Positions 8,514-16,954 of a DNA stretch of 64,000 bases are shown here, piece by piece (the first letter of the stretch is position 1; each line of letters begins with the position of its first letter). The stretch spans positions 1-64,000 of IMG/VR virus record IMGVR_UViG_3300034092_001898; one strand, given 5' to 3'. This DNA is from a virus. A model generated the notes under the pieces. The model worked only from the letters and a program-made list of their open reading frames with translations. It was not told the DNA's origin and did no database searches. Both the position numbers and the translations under genes were made by a program.

Positions 8514-8834
8514 ATGAATGGTGAACTAAAAGCGAAGTGGCTGGAGGCTTTAAGGAGCGGGTGGTATAAGCAAGGGCAAGGTCGTTTAAGGGACGAGAAC
8601 AATCAGTTTTGTTGTCTTGGTGTGTTGTGTGATGTTGGTGGGCTAGGAACATGGAGGATGGACCATGGAGGATACTCCTATGAGGTCAATGGCTGTAAGT
8701 CTTCTTTCCTGCTTCCTGCGCAAGATGCTACTATTGCCCGCCACACAGGCGATTTAATGATGTTGAATGATGGGTACCGCCTGTCATTCAAAGAAATTGC
8801 CGATTGGATTGAGGAGAACATCGAAGATAACTAA
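8514..8834 (+). CDS. CCLGVLCD-family protein, paralog 1
   Basis: KWLEALRSG.YKQG..L..CCLGVLCD..ND..F.EIADWIE; GGAGG RBS. Confidence 0.8.
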   Translation: MNGELKAKWLEALRSGWYKQGQGRLRDENNQFCCLGVLCDVGGLGTWRMDHGGYSYEVNGCKSSFLLPAQDATIARHTGDLMMLNDGYRLSFKEIADWIEENIEDN

Positions 8835-8873
8835 TTCTTAACCACTATTCATTTCCCCCATTGTTTTTTGATC

Positions 8874-9116
8874 ATGAGCGCATTGTATTCTGAAAGCACA
8901 TTGTTGATTAGTTTTCCTGGTGAGGAGCAAGGAATTGCGTTGCCTTGCATTGAAATGGAGATTAAGCCCCATGTGGAAATGCGAGGCGTTATTCAAAGTG
9001 AGGGAGTAGGTCGTATTGAAGTAGAGCTAAAGATTAAGACGAATAACCATGAGCTATTGTCAGCATTGTCCTATGACAACACAGCAGTTGCGATTTGCAT
9101 AGGTAGGAAAGACTAG
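8874..9116 (+). CDS. Hypothetical protein
   Basis: ORF with pyrimidine-rich leader. Confidence 0.5.
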   Translation: MSALYSESTLLISFPGEEQGIALPCIEMEIKPHVEMRGVIQSEGVGRIEVELKIKTNNHELLSALSYDNTAVAICIGRKD

Positions 9117-9129
9117 CTTTACATAGGCG

Positions 9130-9661
9130 GGAAAGAGGCCCAATAGTCAGAGCCCATAAGGGCGATAGTTACAGGGCCTCCTTTCCAGGGGGCTTTTTAT
9201 TGTCGTTTTGCCTTTAACTGTACTTTCCTCCATTGTGCCTTTGCTTACTTTTAGAGAACCTTCGCCTCCCATAGCCTCTTGCCCATTGATTCTGTATCAA
9301 GCGATACATTTGCTAGTCGGGGCCACACTACGCCCTTGGTATAGGAGCGTCCTTTGATTGATTTTCTGAATAGAAGCCTTTAAGCGGGAGCCCGTCTAAG
9401 CCCTTGAGGGGCCTGGCTGATGCTCCCGCTTGCTGAATAATTGAAAGGGAGCTTGTTGAGAGGAAAGCCCATTGCTGTTCGCCCTTGAGGGGCTCTGGCC
9501 GATAGGGCTTTCCAGCAGAGGCTTCTTAAGCCAGAGGGGCCTGAGAGGGAACTTGAAGGAGCGGAGCTAAGGATAAAGCCCCCTTGAGGGGGCTCAGGCC
9601 AAAAGCTCCTCAGGCAGACACTGAACCTGCTTCAGTGTCGGAACCATGTCGGTTCCCTCTC
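9130..9661. ncRNA. Highly structured non-coding element with four stem/internal-loop/GCCC-NNNA-GGGC units (candidate ncRNA or origin)
   Basis: Inverted repeats 9130-41/9174-86, 9382-91/9422-31, 9462-70/9505-13, 9563-68/9604-09; outer stems 9372-79/9519-26 and 9543-52/9652-61; no ORF. Confidence 0.5.
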
Positions 9662-9819
9662 TTAAGCATAAATCGTTAGGCAAGCCCTCTTTATGTTTGC
9701 TTAAGCATTAAAAAGCTAGTGGTAGCAAGGAATGTCAAGGAAATGACCAGAAAACGAGGGCTTGGAGCAGCCTAAAATTGCAGTATTTCTTAACAATTGC
9801 AGGCAATGGGCTAGGAGGC

Positions 9820-9848
9820 TTGACAAGCCAGGTACTTAGCCTTACCGT
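9820..9848 (+). promoter_or_regulatory. Sigma70-type promoter
   Basis: TTGACA-N17-TACCGT. Confidence 0.55.
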
Positions 9849-9872
9849 AGTGGAGCCACCGTTTCGAGCCCC

Positions 9873-10043
9873 ATGGGCAAAAAGAACCTAGTTGTGCTCT
9901 TGGCCATGCTTGTGCTATCAGCACTAACAATTATCTCCCTATTTGCTCTATGCTCTATGGATATGCAACAGCGTTTCATCCTGAAATGCACCACTGAACT
10001 TGGCAGTAACAACATTGAACTTTGCTCTTCCATCGCCAAATGA
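9873..10043 (+). CDS. Small membrane protein (56 aa; not in ORF track)
   Basis: MGKKNLVVLLAMLVLSALTIISLFALC...; stop overlaps next ATG. Confidence 0.55.
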   Translation: MGKKNLVVLLAMLVLSALTIISLFALCSMDMQQRFILKCTTELGSNNIELCSSIAK

Positions 10044-10294
10044 TTAGCGTTCCCGTGACTCCTGAAATGCCCACCAGTTCCCCTCTCCGCTTTGAGGATT
10101 GGTTTAACATTGCTAATTGCGCCACTCAGCGTTTCTCCATGGCTCTCTTTGATGATCAAAACTTTGATCGTGCAATGGGCGAAGCTGAATCAATGAGCCA
10201 TGCCACTTGTCGTGCTTTTGACGAAGCCTTTTCCGAATTGACCATGATGAATGTCCTGGCTGCCCTGGCTAATGCGGAGGCTGATAATGATTGA
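10040..10294 (+). CDS. Hypothetical protein
   Basis: ATGA coupling. Confidence 0.55.
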   Translation: MISVPVTPEMPTSSPLRFEDWFNIANCATQRFSMALFDDQNFDRAMGEAESMSHATCRAFDEAFSELTMMNVLAALANAEADND

Positions 10295-10472
10295 GTTTTA
10301 CACCATTGGCTTCTGGGGGACTGCGCTCACGCTTGTGCGGCCCAATCGGGCAAATAGCGTGAAGGAATGGACAATGGCCTTTGCTGGGGGCTTGCTTTGG
10401 CCCATCGTCTTGCCTTATTCTTGGACTCGACACATCATTCGTATCTGGAGGAAATCATGGAAAAGGCGCTGA
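10287..10472 (+). CDS. Small membrane protein
   Basis: Hydrophobic, LLWPIVLP motif; GGAGG RBS. Confidence 0.55.
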   Translation: MIEFYTIGFWGTALTLVRPNRANSVKEWTMAFAGGLLWPIVLPYSWTRHIIRIWRKSWKRR

Positions 10473-10852
10473 AGGAGAAGTGGCTTGAGGCTTTGAGGAG
10501 CGGGCAGTATAAGCAGACCATAGGAGTGCTAAAGATGCAATCCGAAAACGGAGATTGCCGTTACTGCTGCCTAGGTGTGCTGTGTGATGTTAGTGGCGAA
10601 GGTGAATGGGTAGAGGGTGAATGGATAGAGGGTGAATGGATAGAGAGTCCACTGCCAGATGCCTGGTTTTGTGAGTTTGGGTACACGTTCGTGGACGCCA
10701 CAATGACAGGTGCTCTATCTCCAGAGTTCAGGAAAAGGCATGGAATACCTCTCAAGACACGGGATCTGTTAATCGGAATGAACGACAACAAAGGCATGTC
10801 ATTTAAGGAAATAGCCGATTGGATTGAAACCAACATCAAAGAGGAAGCATGA
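10457..10852 (+). CDS. CCLGVLCD-family protein, paralog 2 (internal EGEW x3 repeat)
   Basis: Same motifs as 8514; GGAGG RBS. Confidence 0.8.
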   Translation: MEKALKEKWLEALRSGQYKQTIGVLKMQSENGDCRYCCLGVLCDVSGEGEWVEGEWIEGEWIESPLPDAWFCEFGYTFVDATMTGALSPEFRKRHGIPLKTRDLLIGMNDNKGMSFKEIADWIETNIKEEA

Positions 10853-11235
10853 ACTTTTTTCCCGATTCCATGGAAACACAACCTATGGACCCTGCAATCA
10901 AAGAGCAATGGACAAAAGCCCTGAGGAGTGGTGAATACAAGCAAGGCAAGCGAAGGCTTAATACATTGACACTCCCCGAGGGCACTGTTTATTGCTGTCT
11001 CGGCGTCTTATGTGACTTGCACAATAAAACAACTGGAGAGGGACAGTGGAGTGATTCCATTGAGAAAATGGTAGGCCACATGGTACGCCAATACGATTGT
11101 GAACGCAATTACCTCCCCGATTCTGTGCAAAGCTGGGCTCAACTGTCCTGCGTAGCGGAAATGGCTTTATCTGAGGCCAATGATGATGGGGCTGATTTTT
11201 CTGCCATTGCCAATTGGATTGAGGAGCACTTGTGA
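10849..11235 (+). CDS. CCLGVLCD-family protein, paralog 3
   Basis: W.KALRSGEYKQG..CCLGVLCD..ND..F..IANWIE. Confidence 0.8.
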   Translation: MNFFPDSMETQPMDPAIKEQWTKALRSGEYKQGKRRLNTLTLPEGTVYCCLGVLCDLHNKTTGEGQWSDSIEKMVGHMVRQYDCERNYLPDSVQSWAQLSCVAEMALSEANDDGADFSAIANWIEEHL

Positions 11236-11669
11236 TGACAACAATCAATGACACCGGCACTCAACTTTTTGTCAAGAAAGGGAGGCGCTACGTACCGTGG
11301 GGCCATGCAAATGATTGGAGGCATGACGATGACTTAATGGAAGCAGGCTCTTTTCGTCTTGTCCATTGCATTTCCGATGGTCACACTCGCACTTACATGA
11401 CTATTGAGCCTGACTATGCCACCTTCTTGGCTGCCGCTTCCGTAGCTCAAGTGGCCATGGAAAAGGCCATGGAGGAGGCTGCTAAAGGCAAGCCCATGAA
11501 GCAGGATCAGCCTTACACGGAAGAACAGCAAAAGCTCATTCAAGACTTTCGTGATGCCATGGCCAACACCGGAGCTTTAGTGCCATCATTTTGGAGCCAT
11601 GGCTGTGCTAGTGACATTGCCAGGGCTGGTATCACGGCAGTCAAGAAAGCAATGGAGGAAAGCCAATGA
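11232..11669 (+). CDS. Hypothetical protein
   Basis: KKGRRYVP motif common in phage proteins. Confidence 0.65.
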   Translation: MMTTINDTGTQLFVKKGRRYVPWGHANDWRHDDDLMEAGSFRLVHCISDGHTRTYMTIEPDYATFLAAASVAQVAMEKAMEEAAKGKPMKQDQPYTEEQQKLIQDFRDAMANTGALVPSFWSHGCASDIARAGITAVKKAMEESQ

Positions 11670-12079
11670 GCAACAACGAACAACTGCCAACCATCGACCC
11701 CAACAGTATGACCAGCGCTTCGCCAGTCCCCTTTCCATCGCCCCAGCCTGAGCATCCCTCCTTGGAGGAGGCTCTACAAGCCCTTAATGCCCTCGCCATG
11801 GGCGGTCAAACGCTAATGGAAGTCAGGAGCGACTACATCACTGTCAGGGATGCCCTGTTGGCCCTTAATGTTGATGCTAGGCGCTATCGCTGGATCAGGG
11901 AACAAAGCGGCAGGCCCTTTGAGCTTATCGGTAGCGGAGTGCCATGGTTTGATGAAAATGGAAAACGCTACACTTGCGCATTTGATCTTCACATAAGGCA
12001 AGTGGGCTATCATGGGCGCGAGCGTCTTGACGACTTAATGGATGAAGTAATGGCAGATTTTCCAATGGAGGCGGGATAA
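11666..12079 (+). CDS. Hypothetical protein (DARRYRW, Ead/Ea22-like C-terminus)
   Basis: DARRYRWIR..LDDLMD motif. Confidence 0.6.
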   Translation: MSNNEQLPTIDPNSMTSASPVPFPSPQPEHPSLEEALQALNALAMGGQTLMEVRSDYITVRDALLALNVDARRYRWIREQSGRPFELIGSGVPWFDENGKRYTCAFDLHIRQVGYHGRERLDDLMDEVMADFPMEAG

Positions 12080-12357
12080 TGTATCACATTGTTCTCACCC
12101 CGGAGGAACTACGAAGCATCCTTAAGGGGGAAACCACTTACCGCAAGTGTCCTGACTGTCAAGGCGAAGGAGAGGCATGGTTTATTGAGTATGCTCTTAA
12201 GGAGCGTCCGCATGATGATTTGCAAAGGCCATGCTCGGCTCAGGAGGGTTCCGATTTTGTCATTGACGATTGGCCGGATTATGCTTATGGCATAGTGGGC
12301 CACGAACCTTGCGAGACTTGCGACAGTGTTGGCTATGTGCCTTCTATTGATGGGTGA
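12079..12357 (+). CDS. Zinc-finger protein
   Basis: CPDCQGEG and CETCDSVG. Confidence 0.65.
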   Translation: MYHIVLTPEELRSILKGETTYRKCPDCQGEGEAWFIEYALKERPHDDLQRPCSAQEGSDFVIDDWPDYAYGIVGHEPCETCDSVGYVPSIDG

Positions 12358-12433
12358 ATGTGATGGCAATGGTTAAAATGGCTACACAATATAATTGACT
12401 AGAGCCCTTACAATAGATCAAAGCCTTTTGCCA

Positions 12434-12625
12434 ATGATTCCTTTTTCGCAATACGTTGATCCATGGTACATTGGCAAGATTAAGGTGTGGCCTTGCTATA
12501 GTCGCCCTGGCTTCCAGTGGTTTATTGCCTACGAAGGCAAGCCCTACTGGTTCAGGAGCAAGGCCGAGGCCATGCTATTTGCTAAAGACAAGTTAGACGC
12601 ACCGGAAGATGGCATTTGCAACTGA
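12434..12625 (+). CDS. Hypothetical protein
   Basis: Aromatic-rich small ORF. Confidence 0.55.
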   Translation: MIPFSQYVDPWYIGKIKVWPCYSRPGFQWFIAYEGKPYWFRSKAEAMLFAKDKLDAPEDGICN

Positions 12626-12683
12626 GCTTTGATGCTAGGCTACCTTTGTTCACCCCTGGGGCCTTGAGGCCCCTTTTCTGTCT

Positions 12684-14081
12684 ATGGCGCTCAAAGACAA
12701 TGCCCTCTGCCTGCCCATTGCTCGCACTGGTCGTGTGCAGGATTGGATTGATGATCCATCAGGTCGCCTGCCAGTTTCGTGTACTGTTTTCGTAGTTAAT
12801 GACGGCATGGAAGACGAAGATGGTATTGAAGCGTCATGGCGTTTCGTCTCGCATGGTTTGCGGAATGGTGCTGGAGTTGCTATTCATTTGTCTAAACTGC
12901 GCCCCGAAGGTAGTGACAATGGAAAAGGACTTATCGCTAGTGGCCCCGTTAGTTTTGGTATGATTTATAGCAAGCTCAATGAAGTGTTGCGTCGTGGTGG
13001 CAAGTTCAAAAATGGAGCAGTGGTGTTGCATCTTGACTACTCCCACCCTGATGCCATTAAGTTTGTATCAGCGCCACGAGCCTTGTTTCCATGGGCGAAA
13101 CGCTGCTTGAATGTTGACAATCATTTCCTAGACAAAGCATCACCGGAATTGATTGCCGCCACGATTAAGGGTATCACAAATGGCGACGTTTGGCTGACAA
13201 AGATTAAGACTGATGATAGTGGCTCCCGCATTTACGGGAATGTTTGCCTGGAAGTATTGCTTCCCCATCGCGGCACTTGCCTCTTGCAGCACGTCAACCT
13301 CGGCGCATTGTCCATCATGCAGCCTGAACAGTTTATCAATGCGTTCAAGCAAGGCATGGGGCAACTGTGTGAACTGCACGGCAAGACTGGTGTTGGCAAC
13401 ACTGGCGAATACCTACCTCCTTCCATTGATCGTCAAGTGGGCCTTGGTCTGTTGGGATTGGCGAATTGCCTTGCCATTCATGGCATTAGCTATGCGGACT
13501 TTGCCAATGCCTTGGAGGGTGGCCCTGACAATGCAGACGCCAACCGCCTAGTTGACCTGATGCGCTCAGGCATTAACGAGGCTGCGCAAATTGCTCGCGC
13601 CAACGAAATGGAACGTGCTTTTTGCATTGCTCCCACTGCCTCTTGTGCCTATCGCCACCTTGACAGCAAAGGTTTCACTACTGCCCCTGAAATTGCACCG
13701 CCCATTGGTCGTATTGTTGACCGCGACAGCGGCACTTTCAACGTAGAGCCTTTCAATCATGGTGAAGTGGAAATTGCATCAGAAGTGGGGTGGGATGTTT
13801 ACAAGCGCGTCGCCAATGGCATTGTTAGCATGATGCAAGCGACTGGTCTGTTCCACGGTTATTCCTACAACTGGTGGTCAGACATGGTTCAATGTGACGA
13901 AGCGTTCCTTCGTGATTGGCTGGTCAGTCCACAAACCAGCCTATATTATGCCCTGCCTGTAATGCCAAATGTTCAAGCAAAAGATGATGCCTATGTGGCA
14001 TTAGATGACGAGTTCAAGGAATTGCTTGGCTTGCAAGACGAATTGCCGCAAGGGCAGCAATGCACATCCTGTAGCGAATAA
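12684..14081 (+). CDS. nrdA: Ribonucleotide reductase large (alpha) subunit, cyanophage SP clade
   Basis: RTGRVQ.W..RLPVSCTVF, GAGVA.HLSKLRP, catalytic NVCLEV, IAPTASC, C-terminal CTSCSE. Confidence 0.9.
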   Translation: MALKDNALCLPIARTGRVQDWIDDPSGRLPVSCTVFVVNDGMEDEDGIEASWRFVSHGLRNGAGVAIHLSKLRPEGSDNGKGLIASGPVSFGMIYSKLNEVLRRGGKFKNGAVVLHLDYSHPDAIKFVSAPRALFPWAKRCLNVDNHFLDKASPELIAATIKGITNGDVWLTKIKTDDSGSRIYGNVCLEVLLPHRGTCLLQHVNLGALSIMQPEQFINAFKQGMGQLCELHGKTGVGNTGEYLPPSIDRQVGLGLLGLANCLAIHGISYADFANALEGGPDNADANRLVDLMRSGINEAAQIARANEMERAFCIAPTASCAYRHLDSKGFTTAPEIAPPIGRIVDRDSGTFNVEPFNHGEVEIASEVGWDVYKRVANGIVSMMQATGLFHGYSYNWWSDMVQCDEAFLRDWLVSPQTSLYYALPVMPNVQAKDDAYVALDDEFKELLGLQDELPQGQQCTSCSE

Positions 14082-14104
14082 TACAGGCTCCCGTTATTAA
14101 CCAT

Positions 14105-14130
14105 GGGGGCTCTAATCCGGCCCCCTTTTT
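14105..14130 (+). terminator. Hairpin/terminator between RNR subunits
   Basis: GGGGGC..GCCCCC followed by TTTTT. Confidence 0.45.
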
Positions 14131-14152
14131 AGTCCCTATTGCTTTTTCCATC

Positions 14153-14893
14153 GTGACTTCTTCTGCTTTGGCTTCCCCTTATTTCAACATGATTAGCAAA
14201 AAGCGGCCATGGTCTGCAGTGGCCGTGGACAAAGGCACCGTGAAGGAAGGTGCTAGCGACACGTTGTTTCGTGCTTTGGCCCTGAGAGCCCTGGAACTGC
14301 CCGTAGCTGAGCTTTTGGAGCAAGGTATGGCAAAAGAGCTTCCTGCTACGCCAGGCGTCGTAGAGGCGCTACTGAGCAATCAAGCAGACGAGGAGCGGCA
14401 CGATGAAGCCTTGAACTACGTTGCTCTTGCCCATGGCACCAATGAAGCAGCAGAGAGGGAAGTTGCATCCATTCGTAAGGCTTGGATGGATCATCCTGCC
14501 CATCCAATTCTTAAGGCTGCAATTTTGGAGCGGTCCATCTTTTTCGTGGCACTACCATTCTTTCGTTTCAATGGCGACATTGGCATGAGGACTGTCAGCC
14601 AAGACATTAGCCGTGATGAGCAAGTGCATGTGGGCGTCAATAGCTTGCTGGCCACAGAACTGAACGAAGCGACAACGAATAGTCTCAATCGCTTGCGGCG
14701 TGCCACTGCCTTATGGCTTTTTGATGGCCTTACTGCCAATGCTGATAAGTGGCTGGATAAAGATTTTTGGCTGCAGCAAAGTGATAGCCTGTACGAGAAA
14801 GGCAAAGCTCCTGACATGGCTGAATCGCGTGCGAGTCGGATGATTGCGTTTTTTGAGTCGCCATCCACTTCGCAACCAAGTTACGGGCGGTGA
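14153..14893 (+). CDS. nrdB: Ribonucleotide reductase small (beta) subunit, ferritin-like, Tyr-less
   Basis: ALELP, DEERH, ILERSIFF, DISRDEQVH di-metal motifs; adjacent to alpha. Confidence 0.85.
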   Translation: MTSSALASPYFNMISKKRPWSAVAVDKGTVKEGASDTLFRALALRALELPVAELLEQGMAKELPATPGVVEALLSNQADEERHDEALNYVALAHGTNEAAEREVASIRKAWMDHPAHPILKAAILERSIFFVALPFFRFNGDIGMRTVSQDISRDEQVHVGVNSLLATELNEATTNSLNRLRRATALWLFDGLTANADKWLDKDFWLQQSDSLYEKGKAPDMAESRASRMIAFFESPSTSQPSYGR

Positions 14894-14926
14894 GCTACAA
14901 TGGCTTGCGATAGAGGCTGATCCTCT

Positions 14927-15127
14927 GTGTCTATTGGGCGCATAGCCCAAAAGGCGGCACGATCGGTCCATCGCCATTCTTGCTTGCAAGCCCCAAGCAG
15001 TGCTATGATTGTGGGCCATAAGGGACGCCTTATGTCAGTTGGTCCACTGGTGAGCCCTCGACCCATTTGGCAAGCTCAACGGACTACGGTATGGGTTCCA
15101 CCGACATGGACTTTCGAGCCCCTCTGA
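14927..15127 (+). CDS. Hypothetical protein
   Basis: Short ORF, GTG start. Confidence 0.35.
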   Translation: MSIGRIAQKAARSVHRHSCLQAPSSAMIVGHKGRLMSVGPLVSPRPIWQAQRTTVWVPPTWTFEPL

Positions 15128-15217
15128 AACGGACCCTCCTACGCTTTCTGGCGCTGCTGCCGCAATGGTTCCTTTGGCGCAGGCGCTTCACCGGAACCGC
15201 CACTTCACGTTGACGCA

Positions 15218-15832
15218 ATGACGTTTCCCATCACCACCACTCTCCGCCGCATCTTTGAGGCAACTCCTTGGGAAGCAGGCAGGCAGCAGGCGCTGGCTGC
15301 TGCTAGCAAGACTGAGCCAGACGACGAACCGATTACTTTTTCAGCAATCGTTGAAACCGTAGATTTTGATGACGCGCTCTGGTACTGCCGTGCTGAGCCG
15401 CAACATTCTCGCCTCTGGCGACTCTACGCAGTCTGGTGCGCGAGGCAGGTCCAGCATCTAATGGTCGATCCTCGCAGTTTTGCGGCCATAGACGTGGCCG
15501 AACGCCATGCCAATGGCATGGCCACGGATGAGGAGTTGTGCACCGCATGGTCCGACGCAGATGACGCCGCATGGGCCGCATATGACGCCGCATGGGCCGC
15601 CGCAGACGCAGCCGCAGACGCAGATAAAGTCGCAGGTGACGCCGCATGGGCCGCATATGACGCCGCATGGGCCGCCGCAGAGGCCGCCGCAAATGACGCC
15701 GCATGTGCCGCTGCATATGCCGCCGCATGGGCCGCCGCATCGGACGTTGAACGGACCGGCCAGCGCTCCGTCTTCGTCCAACTGGTGACAACTGGCACGC
15801 TGCCGCCAGTTAAAGAGGAGACGTACGAATGA
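15218..15832 (+). CDS. Imm5-like phage protein with Ala-rich repeats (paralog of 774)
   Basis: FPITT.L.RIF..EPDDEPI.FS..DALW.CRAEPQH.RLWRLYAVWCAR shared with 774. Confidence 0.75.
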   Translation: MTFPITTTLRRIFEATPWEAGRQQALAAASKTEPDDEPITFSAIVETVDFDDALWYCRAEPQHSRLWRLYAVWCARQVQHLMVDPRSFAAIDVAERHANGMATDEELCTAWSDADDAAWAAYDAAWAAADAAADADKVAGDAAWAAYDAAWAAAEAAANDAACAAAYAAAWAAASDVERTGQRSVFVQLVTTGTLPPVKEETYE

Positions 15833-16203
15833 CCTACCCCTTGATCACCGTTGCCATGCAGGTTCGCGGCAAGGGTCGGCGCAACGTGAGAATCACGCCT
15901 TGTTGGGCCGGTGAGGGCCTCGCTGTCCATAAGTCTGTGACCCTCGACGGCAACGACAATCCCGTGTTCGTTGACATCGGCCCTAACATCTGGACCCTAA
16001 CCCACGTTCACACAGGCATGAGGGCGGGAATGTTTCACGGCAACGTCGATCAAGCAATAGCTTTCGCCCGTCAATGGGATCAGGCGTTTGCTGCAGTGAC
16101 CACCACCGAGGTTCCGCAACTGCTGGCCCGAAACTATCGGGAGGCGCTCTGCCAGGCGCAAGATGAACCCAGCGTGGCGGACATTTTTGAGTCGGGAGTC
16201 TGA
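15829..16203 (+). CDS. Hypothetical protein
   Basis: GLAVH..WTLTHVHTG motif; ATGA coupling. Confidence 0.65.
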   Translation: MTYPLITVAMQVRGKGRRNVRITPCWAGEGLAVHKSVTLDGNDNPVFVDIGPNIWTLTHVHTGMRAGMFHGNVDQAIAFARQWDQAFAAVTTTEVPQLLARNYREALCQAQDEPSVADIFESGV

Positions 16204-16206
16204 GCT

Positions 16207-16302
16207 ATGCTTAACCCCGACTTCTACCCCACTCCACTGTCCACCATCCGCCCCATGGTTCTTCCCATTTCCCCCTCCACCCAGTCCGAGCTAACAGGAT
16301 AA
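16207..16302 (+). pseudogene. 5' remnant of a DNA methyltransferase-like gene (MLNPDFYPTP...)
   Basis: DFYPTP is a typical N-terminal motif of phage adenine methyltransferases; ORF stops after 31 codons. Confidence 0.45.
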
Positions 16303-16352
16303 GACGGTTCCGCCGCTGCGGAACGATGCAGGTTCAAGTCCTGCTTGGGTGC
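16278..16352 (+). tRNA. tRNA-like element / pseudo-tRNA with abnormal anticodon loop
   Basis: Acceptor CACCCAG/TTGGGTG, T-arm GCAGG-TTCAAGT-CCTGC, anticodon stem GTTCC(G)/(C)GGAAC with 6- or 8-nt loop, weak D-stem. Confidence 0.55.
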
Positions 16353-16409
16353 TATGATTCTCCAGGACAGGGATCTCCTCCATCCCCGGTTCGTTTTGAC
16401 AGAACCTCA

Positions 16410-16441
16410 GGTCTCGGGATTCCAGTCCCGGGGCCTTTTTT
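16410..16441 (+). terminator. Rho-independent terminator
   Basis: GGTCTCGGGA-ttccag-TCCCGGGGCC followed by TTTTTT. Confidence 0.7.
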
Positions 16442-16495
16442 GTTGCGCCCCAGCCCTTTGTATGGTATCCTCGTAAGGCATACCGAAACAAGGCA

Positions 16496-16954
16496 ATGGT
16501 GAAGTTTGGCAAGGACACTTTGAAACTAGGACAGCAATGGAAACGGGCTGATGGGCAAGTGGCTATTGTTAAGGTCATTGAGGATGATAAAGCTAAGCTT
16601 GAGTGCGAAGACGCCTATCTTATCGACTACCATTATGCTGATGGCGGCCAAAGCCAATTTCATTGCACCATGCCAGGCAGTAAACTTGTCCAGCCTATAG
16701 ACGACGGAGAACCTAAAAGTGCTCCAGTTGGTGATAGCATTGAGGACGGCGTTGTCCCTGCCGAAGAAGAGCCAATCGTACTAGAACAAGAAGTGATTGT
16801 TAATACCGCCCTCAGTAATATCATTGGGAATTACCCCGGCATTGGCTATGCAGTGGTGCGAATTGCAGGCTTGCAAATTGAAGTGGACTTTGAAGAACGC
16901 TCCCTAACAATTCAAGACAACCCCAATCCCCATGACGCTTTTCCTAATATCTGA
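16496..16954 (+). CDS. Hypothetical protein
   Basis: ORF downstream of extended -10-like TGGTATCCT. Confidence 0.6.
   Translation: MVKFGKDTLKLGQQWKRADGQVAIVKVIEDDKAKLECEDAYLIDYHYADGGQSQFHCTMPGSKLVQPIDDGEPKSAPVGDSIEDGVVPAEEEPIVLEQEVIVNTALSNIIGNYPGIGYAVVRIAGLQIEVDFEERSLTIQDNPNPHDAFPNI

Noticed and set aside
12684-14081. Class II B12-dependent NrdJ
   Set aside because: The adjacent ferritin-like beta gene and clade motifs indicate the class I Cyano-SP type.
774-15832. Diversity-generating retroelement (TR/VR) between the two Imm5-like paralogs
   Set aside because: No reverse transcriptase in the window; differences are not adenine-restricted and both copies are full ORFs.
931-15930. Overlapping repeat-rich ORFs (MRRPLQRH, CGGPCG, PHGP frames)
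   Set aside because: Alternative-frame readings of the Ala-rich repeats in the Imm5-like genes.
16278-16352. attP site or functional tRNA with an assignable anticodon
   Set aside because: No integrase in the window; the loop size prevents anticodon assignment.
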